The notes beneath the pieces are model-generated. The model ran no database searches, was not told the origin of the DNA, and saw nothing but the letters and a program-made list of their open reading frames with translations. 64,000 nucleotides of DNA from Blastocystis sp. Blastoise (lineage: Eukaryota > Protista > Bigyra: Opalinata), in NCBI GenBank assembly GCA_039096225.1, contig JBBPEB010000007.1, forward strand, positions 806,001 to 870,000. The letters are read 5' to 3'. Below, one piece after another: positions 1-14,200 of the stretch (positions within the stretch are counted from its first letter, which is position 1; the number at the start of each line of letters is the position of its first letter). Both the position numbers and the translations under genes were made by a program.

Positions 1-699
1 ATAAAGAAATAAAAGAGATAGATAGATAGATAGATAGATAGAGAGAAAAAAAATACAAAGATATAAATAGATAGATACACTAATAGATGAATAGAAAGAA
101 AGAAGAAAAGAGAGACATAAAGAAGAAATTAGATAGAAAGAGATAGAATTCTATATAGAATGAGAGATATACAAAAGAAATCAAATGAAATAGAGAATAA
201 GATAAAAATAGATACAAGAATAAAGATAAAAAGAGAAATAGAGGAGTAGGGAAGGTGTATAAAAAAGAAAGAATATAAAGATAGGTAGAGAGGAATTGAG
301 AAGGATAGAGAAGGAGGAGGAAAACAGATAGAATTGGAAGACGAAGAAAAGAAGATGAGACGAAGAAGGGAGAAAAAAGGAGCAGGAAGTGAATATCAAG
401 AAAGATAAATTTATATAGAAAAAAATTAGAAAGAAAAATACATACAAAGAAAACGATAGGGAATGATAGAGAGAATTATAATTTGAATGACATAGAGAGA
501 AGGAGAGACAAAGCAAGATAAAGAAGTATAATAGAAAAAACAAAGAAGAAAAAAAGAAGAATAAAAAAAGAAAAGATAGAACAATAGTATATGAGAGAAG
601 AAAGAGACAGAAAGAAAACGGGAAATAGGGTAGAGACATAGAAGGTAATAAAATATATAGAAGGGGAGAGGGGATTGAGATAAATAAATAGATAGATAT

Positions 700-772
<73 letters not shown>

Positions 773-2800
773 GATAGAAGAATACCGAAAGATATAGAGA
801 AGGAGATAAATATTAATAAAAAGGAAAATATGGATAGAGAGGAGATAGAATCAAACAGAGAAGGAGAAGTAGATAAAAGTCGATTGAGGGAAGAGAGAAG
901 TAGATTAAAATAAAAACAAATAGCAAGAGTTAAAAGGAAGAAGGGAAGAATATAGAATGATTTGAAGAATGAGATGTATATAGAAGTGAATAGAAGGAAA
1001 TAGAGAAGGAGAAGTAGATAGAAAAGATTAAAAATAGAAGGAGATAGAAAGATAAGAGAATGATATAGATACAATAGAATGAGATAGAGAAGATAAAGTA
1101 GATAGAAATGGATAGAAATAAGAAAAATAAATAGGATAAGAGAGAAAGAGAGATAAAAGGATATAAAAGGATATAGAAGGAGAGAAAACGGATTGAGATG
1201 TAGTAAGATGGAAGGATGTAGATGGAAATAGAGAAGTAGATAGAAGATGATGGAGAATAAAGAGGAGATAGAAGAGGAGATAGAAGGAGAAAAAGAAGAA
1301 GAGGAAGTAAATTAAGTTAGAAGGAGATATAATAAGATAGAGAAGTAGATATACGTAGATATAAGGAAATATACGAAGATATAAGTAGATAAGAGAAAAT
1401 AGAAGGAAATAGAGAATGAGATTGAGACACATAAATGAGGTAGAATGAGATAGATAAGGATAGAGAAATATGAAGAGAAATATAGGAATACAGAGAGATA
1501 GAATGATGTTGAAAGAGAAAGAAAAGGAAAGACTGAAGATTGAGACAGAAGGAGTAGCTGAGATAAAAGGAAGATAGAGAAGGAAATTGAAAGATGAAGG
1601 AAGAAGGAGAGAAGATGAAAGAAGAAGAATATAGAAGAAGATAGAGAATGAGATAATAGGGATAGAAAGAGAAAAATAGGAAAAAAGATGGTTAGAAGAA
1701 AATAGAAAAGGAGAAAGAAGGAGAGATAGAAGGAGAAATAGAAGGATATAAAAGAGATTAAGAAAGAAGTTAGAGACAAGAAGATATAGATATATAGAAA
1801 GAAATAAAAGGATTAAATAGAAGATTAAGATAGAAGAAAAGAGACAAAATAGAAGTAGATATAACAATATAGAGAATGAAAGGATAGAAATAAAAATAGA
1901 AAATAGATAACTAGAACATAAGAATATATAATAATAGAGAGAAGGAGAGAGAGAAAAAAAAAGTAGATATAAAGTGGAAAAGGAGACATAGAAGGAAATA
2001 TAAAAGGAAACAAGAAGGTAGAAAGAGACATATAAGATAAAATAGACAGGGACAGAGAGAAATAAATGGAAAAAGAATAAGGATAAAGATGGATACGAGA
2101 ATAGAGAGGGAGAGAAGGAAGATTGAGATAGAATTATACAGAAAGAGGAGAGAAGGAAGATAAAGAAGGAAAATAGGGCAGTAAAAAAAAAGGGAATCAG
2201 AAGGAGGAGAGAAGAAGTATGAGAAGAATAGAAAGAAGGAAGAGGAGGAAGGCAAATAATAGAAGAGAACTATATATATAATAAATAGTGATATAAATAT
2301 AAATAAGAAGATGAAGATCTGAAAAAAGCAAAGAATTATATGGAGAAGAAGAAGAAGAAGAGGAAGAGGAAGAAAAGGAGGGTATACACTAATACATGTC
2401 GAGGAAAAAGAAGTATAGAATAAGGAGAAGAGGATAACAGGATAAAAGAAAAAGACATAACGAAATACAATGTAAATAGAATAGTGATTAAGAAAGAGTA
2501 ATGAAAGAGTGATATAAAAGGGAAGCGAAGATAAGAGAGAGGTATAATTAAAAAAAAGAAAAATAAAGGAATTTAGATAGAAGAAAAAATAAAAGAAAAA
2601 TGAAGATCTGAGGAAGATAATGAATCAAAGGGAGAGACAAGGATATAGGCTGGAGACAAGGCATAGGAAGAAGTAATAAAGAAAGAAGATGAAGAAATAA
2701 GGAGATAAAAGTGTAGAAGGAAGAAAATGAAGAAGAGAGAAGAAGGAATCATTTTGTGTAAGAAGAAGAAATAAAGAAGAACTAGATAATAAATAAATAA
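1..2800. repeat. Purine-skewed (A/G-rich on +) low-complexity region; may contain exons of a minus-strand gene
   Basis: The + strand is strongly depleted in C. The minus-strand ORFs are S/L/F/I/Y low-complexity, which is expected when that strand has few stop codons. Confidence 0.6.
688..777 (+). repeat. (GATA)n microsatellite
   Basis: Tandem gata repeats read directly. Confidence 0.95.
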
Positions 2801-2821
2801 ATAAATAAATAAATAAACATA

Positions 2822-3403
2822 CCTAATAGAAAAAAATGAATTTGGTGATGTTGAGTCATAGGGAAAGATAACCAACAGAAACAGTAGAAAACAACCTAAA
2901 TAAATAAATAATAATAAATAAAAATATAAAAATAATGAAAATAAATAATAAAATAATTAGATTCTAATTTAAGAAAAAACAAAAAGAAAGCTAATAATAG
3001 ATAGAATGAATATACGATAAGTACTCTATTATATAATACTTAAAAATATAACAAAGAAAAAAATTAGAGATAATTATAAAAATAAATAAATACATATATA
3101 CTTTGAAAGTAGTTTGACATCATAGACGTTGTTGACATGGACTGAAGAGGACTCTTATAACCATGGACGAGCAGGAACCTATACATGCTAGAGAATGGGA
3201 GAATGTTAATATTGATAAAGAATAAAAAATAGTAATATACATACAAGAGAATAATCTGAAGTTAAAATCAACTTCTATTTTTTAAAATAACAGCTAATAA
3301 AAATAAAATAAAAATAAAGAAAATAAGTAACAAATGAAAATATTTTCTAAGTTAATAGGCTCAATAGCGTATGGGTGTATTCAGGTCTTAAAAGAAAAAT
3401 CAT
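2822..3403 (-). CDS. Probable 5' exons of an unidentified gene running off to the left
   Basis: GC-richer blocks at about 2822-2896, 3102-3178 and 3245-3275 are bounded by AG/GTAT splice signals on the minus strand. An ATG lies near 3403. The frame was not resolved. Confidence 0.3.
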
Positions 3404-5221
3404 TTTTGCGGGAATATCAAGAAACTCAAAAAAAGTATTTTTTCCCTCCTTTTTTCACTGTCACTTTTCTTTAATATTTTTGACTTTTTAGTATTAAAAA
3501 CGATTCTTACAGGCATGTATAGAGACTCTATACCACTTTTGAGACTAAAAATCAAATATTTAAAAATGAGTGAAAAATCTTGACTAGCAAGAAAAACAAT
3601 TATGTGAAGCTGAGTATGTTGTGTATACACATATCTAACAACAGAGATGATAAAAACACACAACTCCTCTTGGTTTAGGACATAATTATGAATTCTCTCA
3701 AAAAAGCTATTTTAAACCTTAAAACGATACCCTGAACTATAAATCAAGTCCTGAATGATATTCTAAAGTCATATTTTTAAAAACAGGTTTAATGACGATA
3801 ATCAATAAACAAAAACAAGAGCTTCCGTTTTACTTTTCTTTTTTGAATTTTTAATTGTTTTGACTTTCTAGGGTAGTTGGCTGAAAGAAATGTTGTCGTC
3901 TTTAGGCTAAAAAATGATGAATAAAAAAGTCAAGTCATTTTATTGTTTTTTCCTTGGGAAATAAAAAAGAAGAAATTTTTAGGTGTGTTTTGGTTTAGGC
4001 TGTATAATGGTTTTTATTGTAAAAGGACTTGACGAGAATGATTGAAATGATAATACATCACTCAGAGAACACACAACTTTAAAAAATTTGTCACTCATGT
4101 AATCCATTCCTGAATTATAGACTTCAGAGAAAAAATTAAAGTCTTTTTGGTTTTAAACAGTCATTTTAAATCATAAAACACTGTAAAATAGTCAATATTT
4201 AGAATGTCTATGATTATATAAATAAACAATATATTTTGTAGAGTTATTTTTAAGTTTTTCTCGTCAAAAAGAGAGAAACTTGACAAGTTGGCGGACACTC
4301 TTTTCTCGAGTTTAGGCCAACGTATTTTTGATTAAAAAATCCCAGTCATTTTGTTGTTTCTCTTACGGGAAATAGGGTCAAAAAAACACAAAATGTCCAT
4401 AGTGTTACATATTTATAAATATATAAACGAAGAAATTTATATACATATTATGTAAATCTTTTGAAAAGAATAGAGTATCAACATAGATATTCTAATTAAA
4501 TCAAAGAAAAACATAATAAAATATTAACATAATTGACTAATGATAACAAAAACATAAACCACAATGAAATACATATAAATGTACATATAAAAAAACAATA
4601 TATATATATATATATATAAAGATATAAATAAAAAAATAATAATTTTAAATTTTACAGCCCTTAAAAATTTAAAAACATAATTATTTATTATTATTATATA
4701 TACATATATATTCATAACTAATAAAGTAAATAGAATAAAAAAAAATTAAAAAAAATTATATATATATGTAAGAAAGAGTTTTAATAAAAAAAATGACATA
4801 AAATATGAAAACAATAAATAAAATTATTATTAAAATAATATATATATATTAAAAACAAACATATATATATATATGTATGTTAAAAATATAAAAATAAGGA
4901 AGTAAGAAAATTTATTATTATATAAATATATAAAAGTAGTTACTGGAAATATATATATATATATATAATAATGGAATTAAGAAAGTCATTGAATAAAAAG
5001 AATAAATATTATATATATATAGAAAATAATAAAACTATATATTAAATATAATATCCTATATATTATTATTCAATTCAAATGAAAAATAAAGCTATATAAT
5101 AACCAAAGTTCAATTTTAAAAATTTTAAATTTAAAAAAAAATTATTATATATATAAAAGTAAATGAAAAACAAAAATAAAAATATGAATATTAAGATATA
5201 TAATTATATATATAATTATAT

Positions 5222-8200
5222 TTAATTTTGAGGAACAGTACCTAGATCATATTCTTCATCATCCATAGAAAAAGAAGTAGAAGATCCTCTACTTGGTTCT
5301 TCAATTAACATTGAATTATCTTCTGAATTTATTACTTCTCTAGTTAGTGAATCATTTAAAGTATCAGGAACTTTTTTCTTATTTAAAAATTTAGTTATAA
5401 ATGCTAAACTAGCTCTACTTTTAGATTCTGATCTTCCTATGGGTTGATTCATAGAAGAAGAAGAAGGAGGAAGAGTTTTTGATAATGATTTTGATTTATT
5501 ATTTTGTTCTTTTTCTAATCGTTTTATATTATTATATAAACTATCAATTAATTGTTGTTTTCGAATATTTTCTTCTTTTAAATATTGAATTTCTTCTTTA
5601 GAAGGTAAATCTTTGAGTTTTGATTGTTCATTAAATAATTGTGAAGTAACTTGATCACATTGAAGGCCAGCATCAACTAATCGTTTATTTAATGATAATA
5701 TCATTTCTATAGAATTATCAGAAAGAGTAGTATTTGTATTTGGATCATTAGGAAGAGAACCACCTATTAATGTTTCCATCTGATTATCATCACGCTATAT
5801 ATATAGATATAGTAATAGATGTTATATATATTAAATATAGAATTATATATATTATTAAAGTTTTTAAAAAATATTATTATTTATTATATATAATAAACAA
5901 TAAATAATCAATAATCAATAATAAATAATAAATAATAAATTAATATATAATAAATAATAAATTAATATATAATAATAAAATATACTTGTACTAAAACATC
6001 TTGAACTTTTGCTTTCATAACAGATTCATTAGTTTCAGAAACACGTTTGGTTTTTAATAATTCATTTAATAAATATTGTAATACTTTATAATGATCTCTC
6101 ATTTGAACATATTTATTTGTAACCTGTTGAACTGCTTCATCTTTCGATAAATTTGTAACTGAAGTTTTAACTTGATTTCCTAATTCTTCTTTTTCAACTA
6201 ATGTTAATCCTAATGTTGATTCTTCTATAGATTTCATTTCATTAATTAATTCATTATTTCTATTTTGTTCTTCACTTAAAGATTGATTCAATTTATTTAT
6301 TTCTTCTTCATAATTATGAACATATACTTCTTTTTCTTGTAAGTTCTTCTTTAATTCATCATAGTCTTTTGTTTTCTCACTAAATTGTTTTGTTATTAAT
6401 AAAATCTGATTATTTTTAGAATTAATTAATTCATTATTATTATCTATTGTTGACTTATAATCAATATTTTCATTATGTAATGATTCTATCTGATTCACTT
6501 TTAATTGAATATCTTCAGAATATTGCATTAATAATTGTTTTTGAGATTCAATTTCTTTATATTTATTATCAATTTCTTCATCTTTTTTATGAATTGTATT
6601 TATATATTCTTCAATTAAATTCTTTTTTTCATTTAATTCTTTACAATAATCATTCATTTGTTTTGTTTTTATTCCTAAATCATTATTACTCTGAATTAAT
6701 AACTTTTTAGTATTATCAACATCTTCCTATATATATATTTTTTAATAACTATAATAATAAATATAATAAATATAAATAATAATAAATATAATCAAAAAAA
6801 CAAAAAAAAAAATAAATATAATATAAAAATAATTATAATATAAAAATAAAATAAAATAAATAATACTAACATACTTGTAGCATTTGATTTTGAGAAGTAA
6901 TTGTATCCATTAATGTATTATTATTATCAAGTTCTTTTTTATATTTTTGTATTTCTATAGATTGATTATTAATTATTTCATTTAATTCTTTTTTATTTAA
7001 TTCTAATTCATTGATATTTTTATTTAATTCGATCATTAATTTATTATATTGTTCTTTTTGTTCATTAAAATCAGAAGTACGTTGTTTTACAATAAAATCA
7101 ACTTGTTTTTCTACTTCTTCTTTTATTCTTTGATTCATATTACCTTCTAATTGTTTATATTCTACATCTTTATCATCTAATTGATGCTTATATTCTACTT
7201 CTAATATTTTACATTCAGAAGCAACACGTAATTCAAATTCTTTTTCTAAATTAATTCGTTTTTGTTCTAATTCATCACTTAATATCTTATTCTTTATTAT
7301 TATAGATTCAACATTATCTTTAATCTTCTTTATTTCATTATCACGTTCTTGTTTAATAATATCCATTTCATTCTCATAATAATCTATTTTTAATTCTAAT
7401 GATTTTTGTGTATTTTCTTCTTGTTCATTCTTCTCTTTATTAAATTTATCATTCATATCTTGTAATATAAATTTATAATGTTCTTCTAAATGAACTAATT
7501 GTTTCTGTAAATCATTACATAATTCATTTCCTTTTTGTATTGCTTCTTGATAATTATGTGTTATTTCTTGTTTTTCTTTTTCATAATCTTCTTTTAAATC
7601 TTTTATTTCTTCTTCATATTCTTTACGTTTTTCTTCTTCATATTCTTTTTTCTTTTCATCATTTGCTATTATCATCTTATTATATACTTCCATATTTTCT
7701 TTTAATTTAGTATTATAACTATCTTCTAATTCTTTCTCTTTTTCTTTTATTCCTTGTTCAACTAATTCTTTATGTTTTGTATTTAATTCATTTATTTCTT
7801 TCTCATATTTATCAACGATACCTTGTTTAGATTTATCATAAAAAGTAGACATTTCTGCACGTACTTTTGTTTCTATTATACTTCGTTCGTGCTTTAATTC
7901 ACTTATAGTTTTTGTTTTCTCTTTATCAGATTCTATATATTGTTCTACTTTTATTAATAAACCTTCTTTCTCTTCATTTAATGTATTTATCTCTTTTTCA
8001 TGAGATTGACTTAAAGCCATCATATTAAATTTCTGACTATCAATATTTAATTGTAATGCTTTATTCTCATTAGATAAAGTCTTATTTTGTTCTTCTAATT
8101 GAGTCTTTAATAATTGAATATCTTCTAATTCTTTTTGTATAGTATTAAAATTATTTTGTAATTGAATAAATTTATCTTCTTCTTCTTTTATTCTTTGTTC

Positions 8201-11200
8201 ACATTGTTCATTAGTATTACGAATTGATATTAAATTATTCTCTTTTAATACTTTCATTTCTTCATTGACTTTTAATATATCATCTTCATATTGTTTCTTT
8301 AATAATTCTTTTTCTTCATTATTTTTAGTATTTATAAGATTTATATCATTTTCATGATCTTCTTGTATTTTATGAACTTCTTCACTCGCTTTTGAAGCAT
8401 TTTCTGATAATTCAGTTGATAAATCTTTAATTTGATTTGTATATTGTTCTTCAAGTTTTGTTTTTTCTTCATTATAATTTAATTTTAATTCTTCAATTTC
8501 TTGATTATATTTATGAGTTAATTCTTCTATTTCTTGTTGTTTCTCAGAAGTTATAGTATTAATTTGTTGTTGGTTTTCATTAGATAATGTATTTAATTGT
8601 TCTTTCGAAGTAGTTTCTAAAGATAATAATTGATTTGATAATAATTCTATTTTTTGTTTAAAATCATTATTTTCTTTACGTATTGTAACTATAATTGTTT
8701 CATATTCATTCTTAATATTTTGAATATCTTCATTTAAAGTATCAATTTGTTCTTTAGATTTATTTTGAATATCTTGAATTTGTTCTTCATATTGAATCTT
8801 TAATTCATTTATTTTATTATCATATTTCTCATCTTTTTCTTCATATCCTTTTTTCATTGAATTATTTAATTGATCAATACGTTGTTCATAATCATTTTTT
8901 AAGACTTCTAAATTCTTAGCATAATTTTCCTTTTCTTCTTCTAATAATTTATTTAATGAATTTAATTTTGATTCATAATCTTTTTTAATAGATTCAATCA
9001 TTTCATCATTATTATTATTCATTAATTCTTTTTCTTCATTATATTTTTCTTTTAATGAAACTAATTCATTATCTTTTTGTTTTAATTTATCTTTATATTT
9101 AATTTCTATATCACTTTTTTCTTTAGTTAATTTACTACGTAATTGATTTAGAGATAAAGAATATTCAGTTTCGTTCTTATCAATTTCTCTTTGAATACTA
9201 TCAATTTTCATATTATATTCTTCTTTAATATCTTCTATCTCTTTTTCTTTATCTTCTAAATTCTTAGAATATTCTTTTTCTTTATCTTCTAATTCATTAT
9301 CATATTGTTTCTTTAATTGATTCTCTTTCTTATTAAAGGTTTCAATCATAGTATCTTTCTCTATTAACCATATATTCGTTAGATCATTCTTTTCTTGTTT
9401 CCATTTTTCTTCAAAATCTTTTTCTAATTGTATTTTTTCTTGTTCTTTTAATTCTATAGAATTATTTAATAAAGATATAGTATTTTCTTTCTCTTGAAGA
9501 TCTTTATTATAATTCTCTTCTATTTGAGTAATAGTATTAGAATAATCTTTTTCGTTCTCAATAGTTTTATTCTTATTTTCAGATTCTAATGAAGATAATT
9601 GTTGTTGATACTCTTTCTCTAATTGTTCAAGATTATTCTTATTTTCAGATTCTAATGAAGATAATTGTTGTTGATGTTCTTTTTCTTTCTCAATAATTTT
9701 ATTCTTATTTTCAGATTCTAATGAAGATAATTGTTGTTGATAGTCTTTTTCTAATTGTTCTATCTTATTCTTATTCTCAGATTCTAATGAAGATAATTGT
9801 TGTTGATGTGCTTTCTCTATTTCTTCAATCTTAGCACTCTTATCTGATTCTAATGAAGATAATTGTTCATTATATTTTTTATCTTTTTCTTCAATCATCT
9901 TCTTATTTTCTTCTTCCAATAAAGATATTTGTTCATTATATTCTTTCTCTTTCTCTTCAATCATCTTCTTATGTTCAATTTCTAATGAAGCTATGTTTTC
10001 TTTATACTTTTTATCTTTTTCTTCAATCATCTTCTTATTTTCTTCTTCCAATAAAGATAATTGTTCATTATATTCTTTCTCTTTCTCTTCAATCATCTTC
10101 TTATGTTCAATTTCTAATGAAACAAGTTTTTCTTTATATTCTTTTTCTAATTGTTCTATCTTATTCTTATTTTCTTCTTTCAATATAGTTATCTGCTGTT
10201 GATATTCTTTTTCTTTTTCTTCGAGATTAAGTTCTTTTTCTTTTTCTAATGTAGCCATCTTCTCTTTATATTCATTTTCTTTTTCTTCAAGATTATTCTT
10301 ATTTTCAGTATTTTGAGAAGATAATTGTTCTTTATATTCATTATCTAATTGTTCTATCTTATTATTATTCTCTGTTTCTAATAATAATAATTGTTCTTTA
10401 TATTCTTTCTCTTTTTCTTCAAGTTTAGTAACATTTTCTGCTCTTAAAATAGATAATTGTTCTTGATGCTCTTTTTCTTTCTGAATAATCTTATTATTAT
10501 TTTCAGTTTCTAATAATAATAATTGTTCTTTATATTCTTTCTCTTTTTCTTCAAGTTTTGTTGTATTTTCAGCTTCTAATGAAGCTATCTTTTCTTTATA
10601 TTCTTTTTCTTTCTCTTCAAGATTAGAATTCTTCTCTTTTTCTAATAATAATAATTGTTCTTGATACTCTTTTTCTTTCTCTTCAAGATTATTCTTCTTT
10701 TCTGTTTCTAATGAAGATAATTGTTCTTGATACTCTTGTTTTATTTGTTCTATCTTATTATTACTTTCTGTTTCTAATGAAGATAATTGTTGTTGATGCT
10801 CTTTTTCTTTTTCTTCAAGATTATTCTTATTTTCTGTTTCTAATGAAACAAGTTTTTCTTTATATTCATTATCTTTATCTTCAATCATCTTCTTATTTTC
10901 TTCTCTTAATAAAGATAATTGTTGTTGATATTCATTTTCTTTGTCTTCAATTATCTTCTTATTGTCTTCTTCTAATGAACATAACTTTTCTTTATATTCT
11001 TTATCTTTTTCTTCAACCTGATTCTTATTCTCTGTTTCTAATGTAGATAACTGTTCTTGATAATTCTTTTCTAATTGTTCTATCTTATTCTTATTCTCAA
11101 CTTCCACTAAAGATAATTGTTCCTTATATTTTTTCTCTTTTTCTTCAATCATCTTCTTATGTTCTTCTTCTAATTCAGATAATTTATCTTTATATTCTTT

Positions 11201-14200
11201 TTCATTCTGTTCAAGATTCATTTCTTTTTCTTTTTCTAATACAGCCATCTTCTCTTTATATTCATTTTCTTTTTCTTCAAGATTATTATTCTTTTCAATT
11301 TCTAATGAAGATAATTTATCTTGATATTCTTTTTCTAATTGTTGAATATCTATGCTATGTTTATTACGAAGATTTTCAATAGTATCTTCTTTCTCTTTTA
11401 TATCTTTATTATATTTATTAGTTAATTCATTTTGTAATAGATTCATTTGATTTATATAATTATCTTTACTTTTCTTTAATTCTTCTTCTTGTAATTCTAG
11501 ATTGTGATTTAATTCATGAATTTCATTTGTATATTTATCTAATAAATCTTCTTTTTCTTTAGATAATAATGCTGAAGTTGTCTTAAAATCACTTTCAGTT
11601 TTTTGAGATTGAATTTTTAATTGAGATAATTCATTTTCTATTTTAGATTTTTCAGATTGTAATTGATTTATTTGATTATTTAATAATGTCTTTATATCTT
11701 CTTTTTCTTCTTTAAAATGATTTTGAATAGATTCATTCTCTTTCATATTCTGTTGAATCAATAATTCTTTTTCTTTAATCAGATTATTCATTTGAATTTC
11801 TAATTTTTCTTCATATTGTTTTTCTAATTGATTCTTTATAATATTTATAGAATCATTTAATTGTTGTATTTCAACAACTTTCTTATCAATTAATGTTTCA
11901 TGTAATATCTTCATATTTGATAGTTCTTCATTATGTTTATTCATTAATTCTGATATTTCTTTTTCTTTATCTATTTTATATTGTTTATATTCATCTTGAA
12001 TATTTAACAATTGTTGAATTTGATTTTCATAATTATTTTTTAATTCATTTTCTTTATCTTGAATTCTTTTATCTATAGTTGAATCTAATAATTGACATTG
12101 ATTTGCAAATGATTCACGTATCTTATCAATTTCTATAGAATTCTTTTCAGTTAATTCCTTTAAATTCTGATTTGCTGAAATAGTAAGAGATTGAATTGTT
12201 AAATCATAATTCTGTTTTAATTGTTCAAATTTCTTATCATAATTAGAAATTATATCTAATTTTTCTTTTTCATATTTATTTATTAAATCATTCTTTTCTA
12301 TTTCTTTTCCTTTTAATAAATTTTCTATATTTACAATTTGAGATTTCATTTGGTCATCTTTTATTAATACTATTTGATCTTGTAATTGTTTTATTTGTAA
12401 TTGATATATAGAATCTTTTTCTTTCTTTTCTAATTCATATCTTTCTTTTAATTCATTCATTTCTAATTCATGTTTAGATATAAGTTGTTCTTTTATTTGT
12501 TTAAATGAATCTTGTTGTTTTGTTATATATTCTAATTTCTCTTCTTCATTCTTTTCTTTTATAGTAGATAATTGTTCAGTTAATAATAAAACTGTATTAC
12601 GTAATTCAACTAATTGAGAATTATCATTCTTTGTATATTGTTCTTCTAATTCTTTTATTTCTTGTTCATGCTTTAATTGAATTTCTTGTTTTTCTTTATC
12701 ATTTTGTGAGGATAATTCTAATTTATCACGTTTTAATAATTCATTTTGAGTAGAATAATCAGATATTGTATCTTCTAATTGTATATTTAATTTACTTATA
12801 TTATCTTCATATGATTTACATACTATCTCTTTCTCTTTCTCTTTCTCTTCTATTATATGATTATGTTGATTATTTAAAGTATCTACTTTTTGTTCATAAT
12901 CTTCTTCAAGAAGTTTACATTGTTTATCATATTCAATTTTCAAATTATTTATTATTTCATTATTCTTTTCTTCTTGTATATGAAGTGAGTTTATTAATTC
13001 TTGAATTGTATTTGTATTCTGTTTATAATTCTCTTCTTTTATATCTAATAATCTTTTCCATTCTAATTCTTTCTCTTTTAATTCATTCTTATACATATTG
13101 ATTTCTTTTTCATAGAATTCATCTTTTTCTTTAATATTATTATCTTTTATTTGTAATTGATCTGTATATTTATGAATTAATTCATCTATAGATTGATTAT
13201 GACTTTCTTTAAGTGATTCTATATTCTTATTAAATTCATCAACTTCATTATTATATTTTATTATAATATTTTGTTTTTCTTCTTCTTTTTGTTTTGTTAA
13301 TTCATCAATTTCTTTTATTCTTTGATCATTTAAATGTATACTAATTTGTTTAATTTCTTCATCTTTTTCTTTTAATTGTGAATCATATAAATCATGATTT
13401 GATTGTATTGTATCTTCTAATGTATGAATTTCAGTATCTTTTTCATTCTGAAGTGTATCTATTGTTTTTTGATATTCTTGATGAATAGTATTAATTTTAT
13501 TAGTATATTCATTAATAATTTGTTCTTGTTTTGTTTCATAAGTTGAATAAAAAGTATCTTTTTCTTTTTGATATTGAACTAATAATTCTTCTTTTTCTTT
13601 ATTATATTTCTCAATTAATTGCTTTAGATCTTCTTGATTTTTATCTTTCATTGTAGTTATTTCTAAATTCTTAGATATTAATATTGTTTGTTTTTCTTCT
13701 TCAGATTGAGAAGTAATTTCACGTACTTTACGATCCCATATTGATATCAATTCATCTTTTTCATGAATATTTTGTTGTTCTAATTCTTTTTTAATAGATT
13801 CTATATTTTCTTTTAATTCATTATTTTCTTTTATCATATCTTCTAATGTTTTTTCATATTCTGATTTTATAGTAAATAATTCTTTTTCTTTTAATTGTAA
13901 TTTATTTTCTAATTCATTCTTATATTCTTCTTTTAATTGTTGTATTTGAAGAGAATTCTCTTTATTTAATTCACTTACTTTATTCATAAAAGTAGTATTT
14001 GTAGAAGATAAATTCTTTATAAATTCTTGATGAATTAAATCATTTAATTCTTGTTTTTTAATTAATTCGTTTTCATATTCATCATATTTTTGCTTTGATT
14101 CTTCTTCTTTAGTATTTAAATTAATAGTTAATTGTTGAATAGTTTCTTGTTTTGTATTTATATCTAATTTCAAAGACATTATTGTATCTTCATTCTCTTT

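Noticed and set aside
181-2255. Long minus-strand S/L/F/I-rich ORFs as standalone genes
   Set aside because: They overlap in several frames and are expected from stop-codon depletion on a pyrimidine-rich strand; no recognisable motifs.
9540-11345. 66-bp periodic array as a CRISPR-like or non-coding repeat
   Set aside because: No repeat-spacer structure; it is an in-frame protein repeat in a eukaryotic exon.
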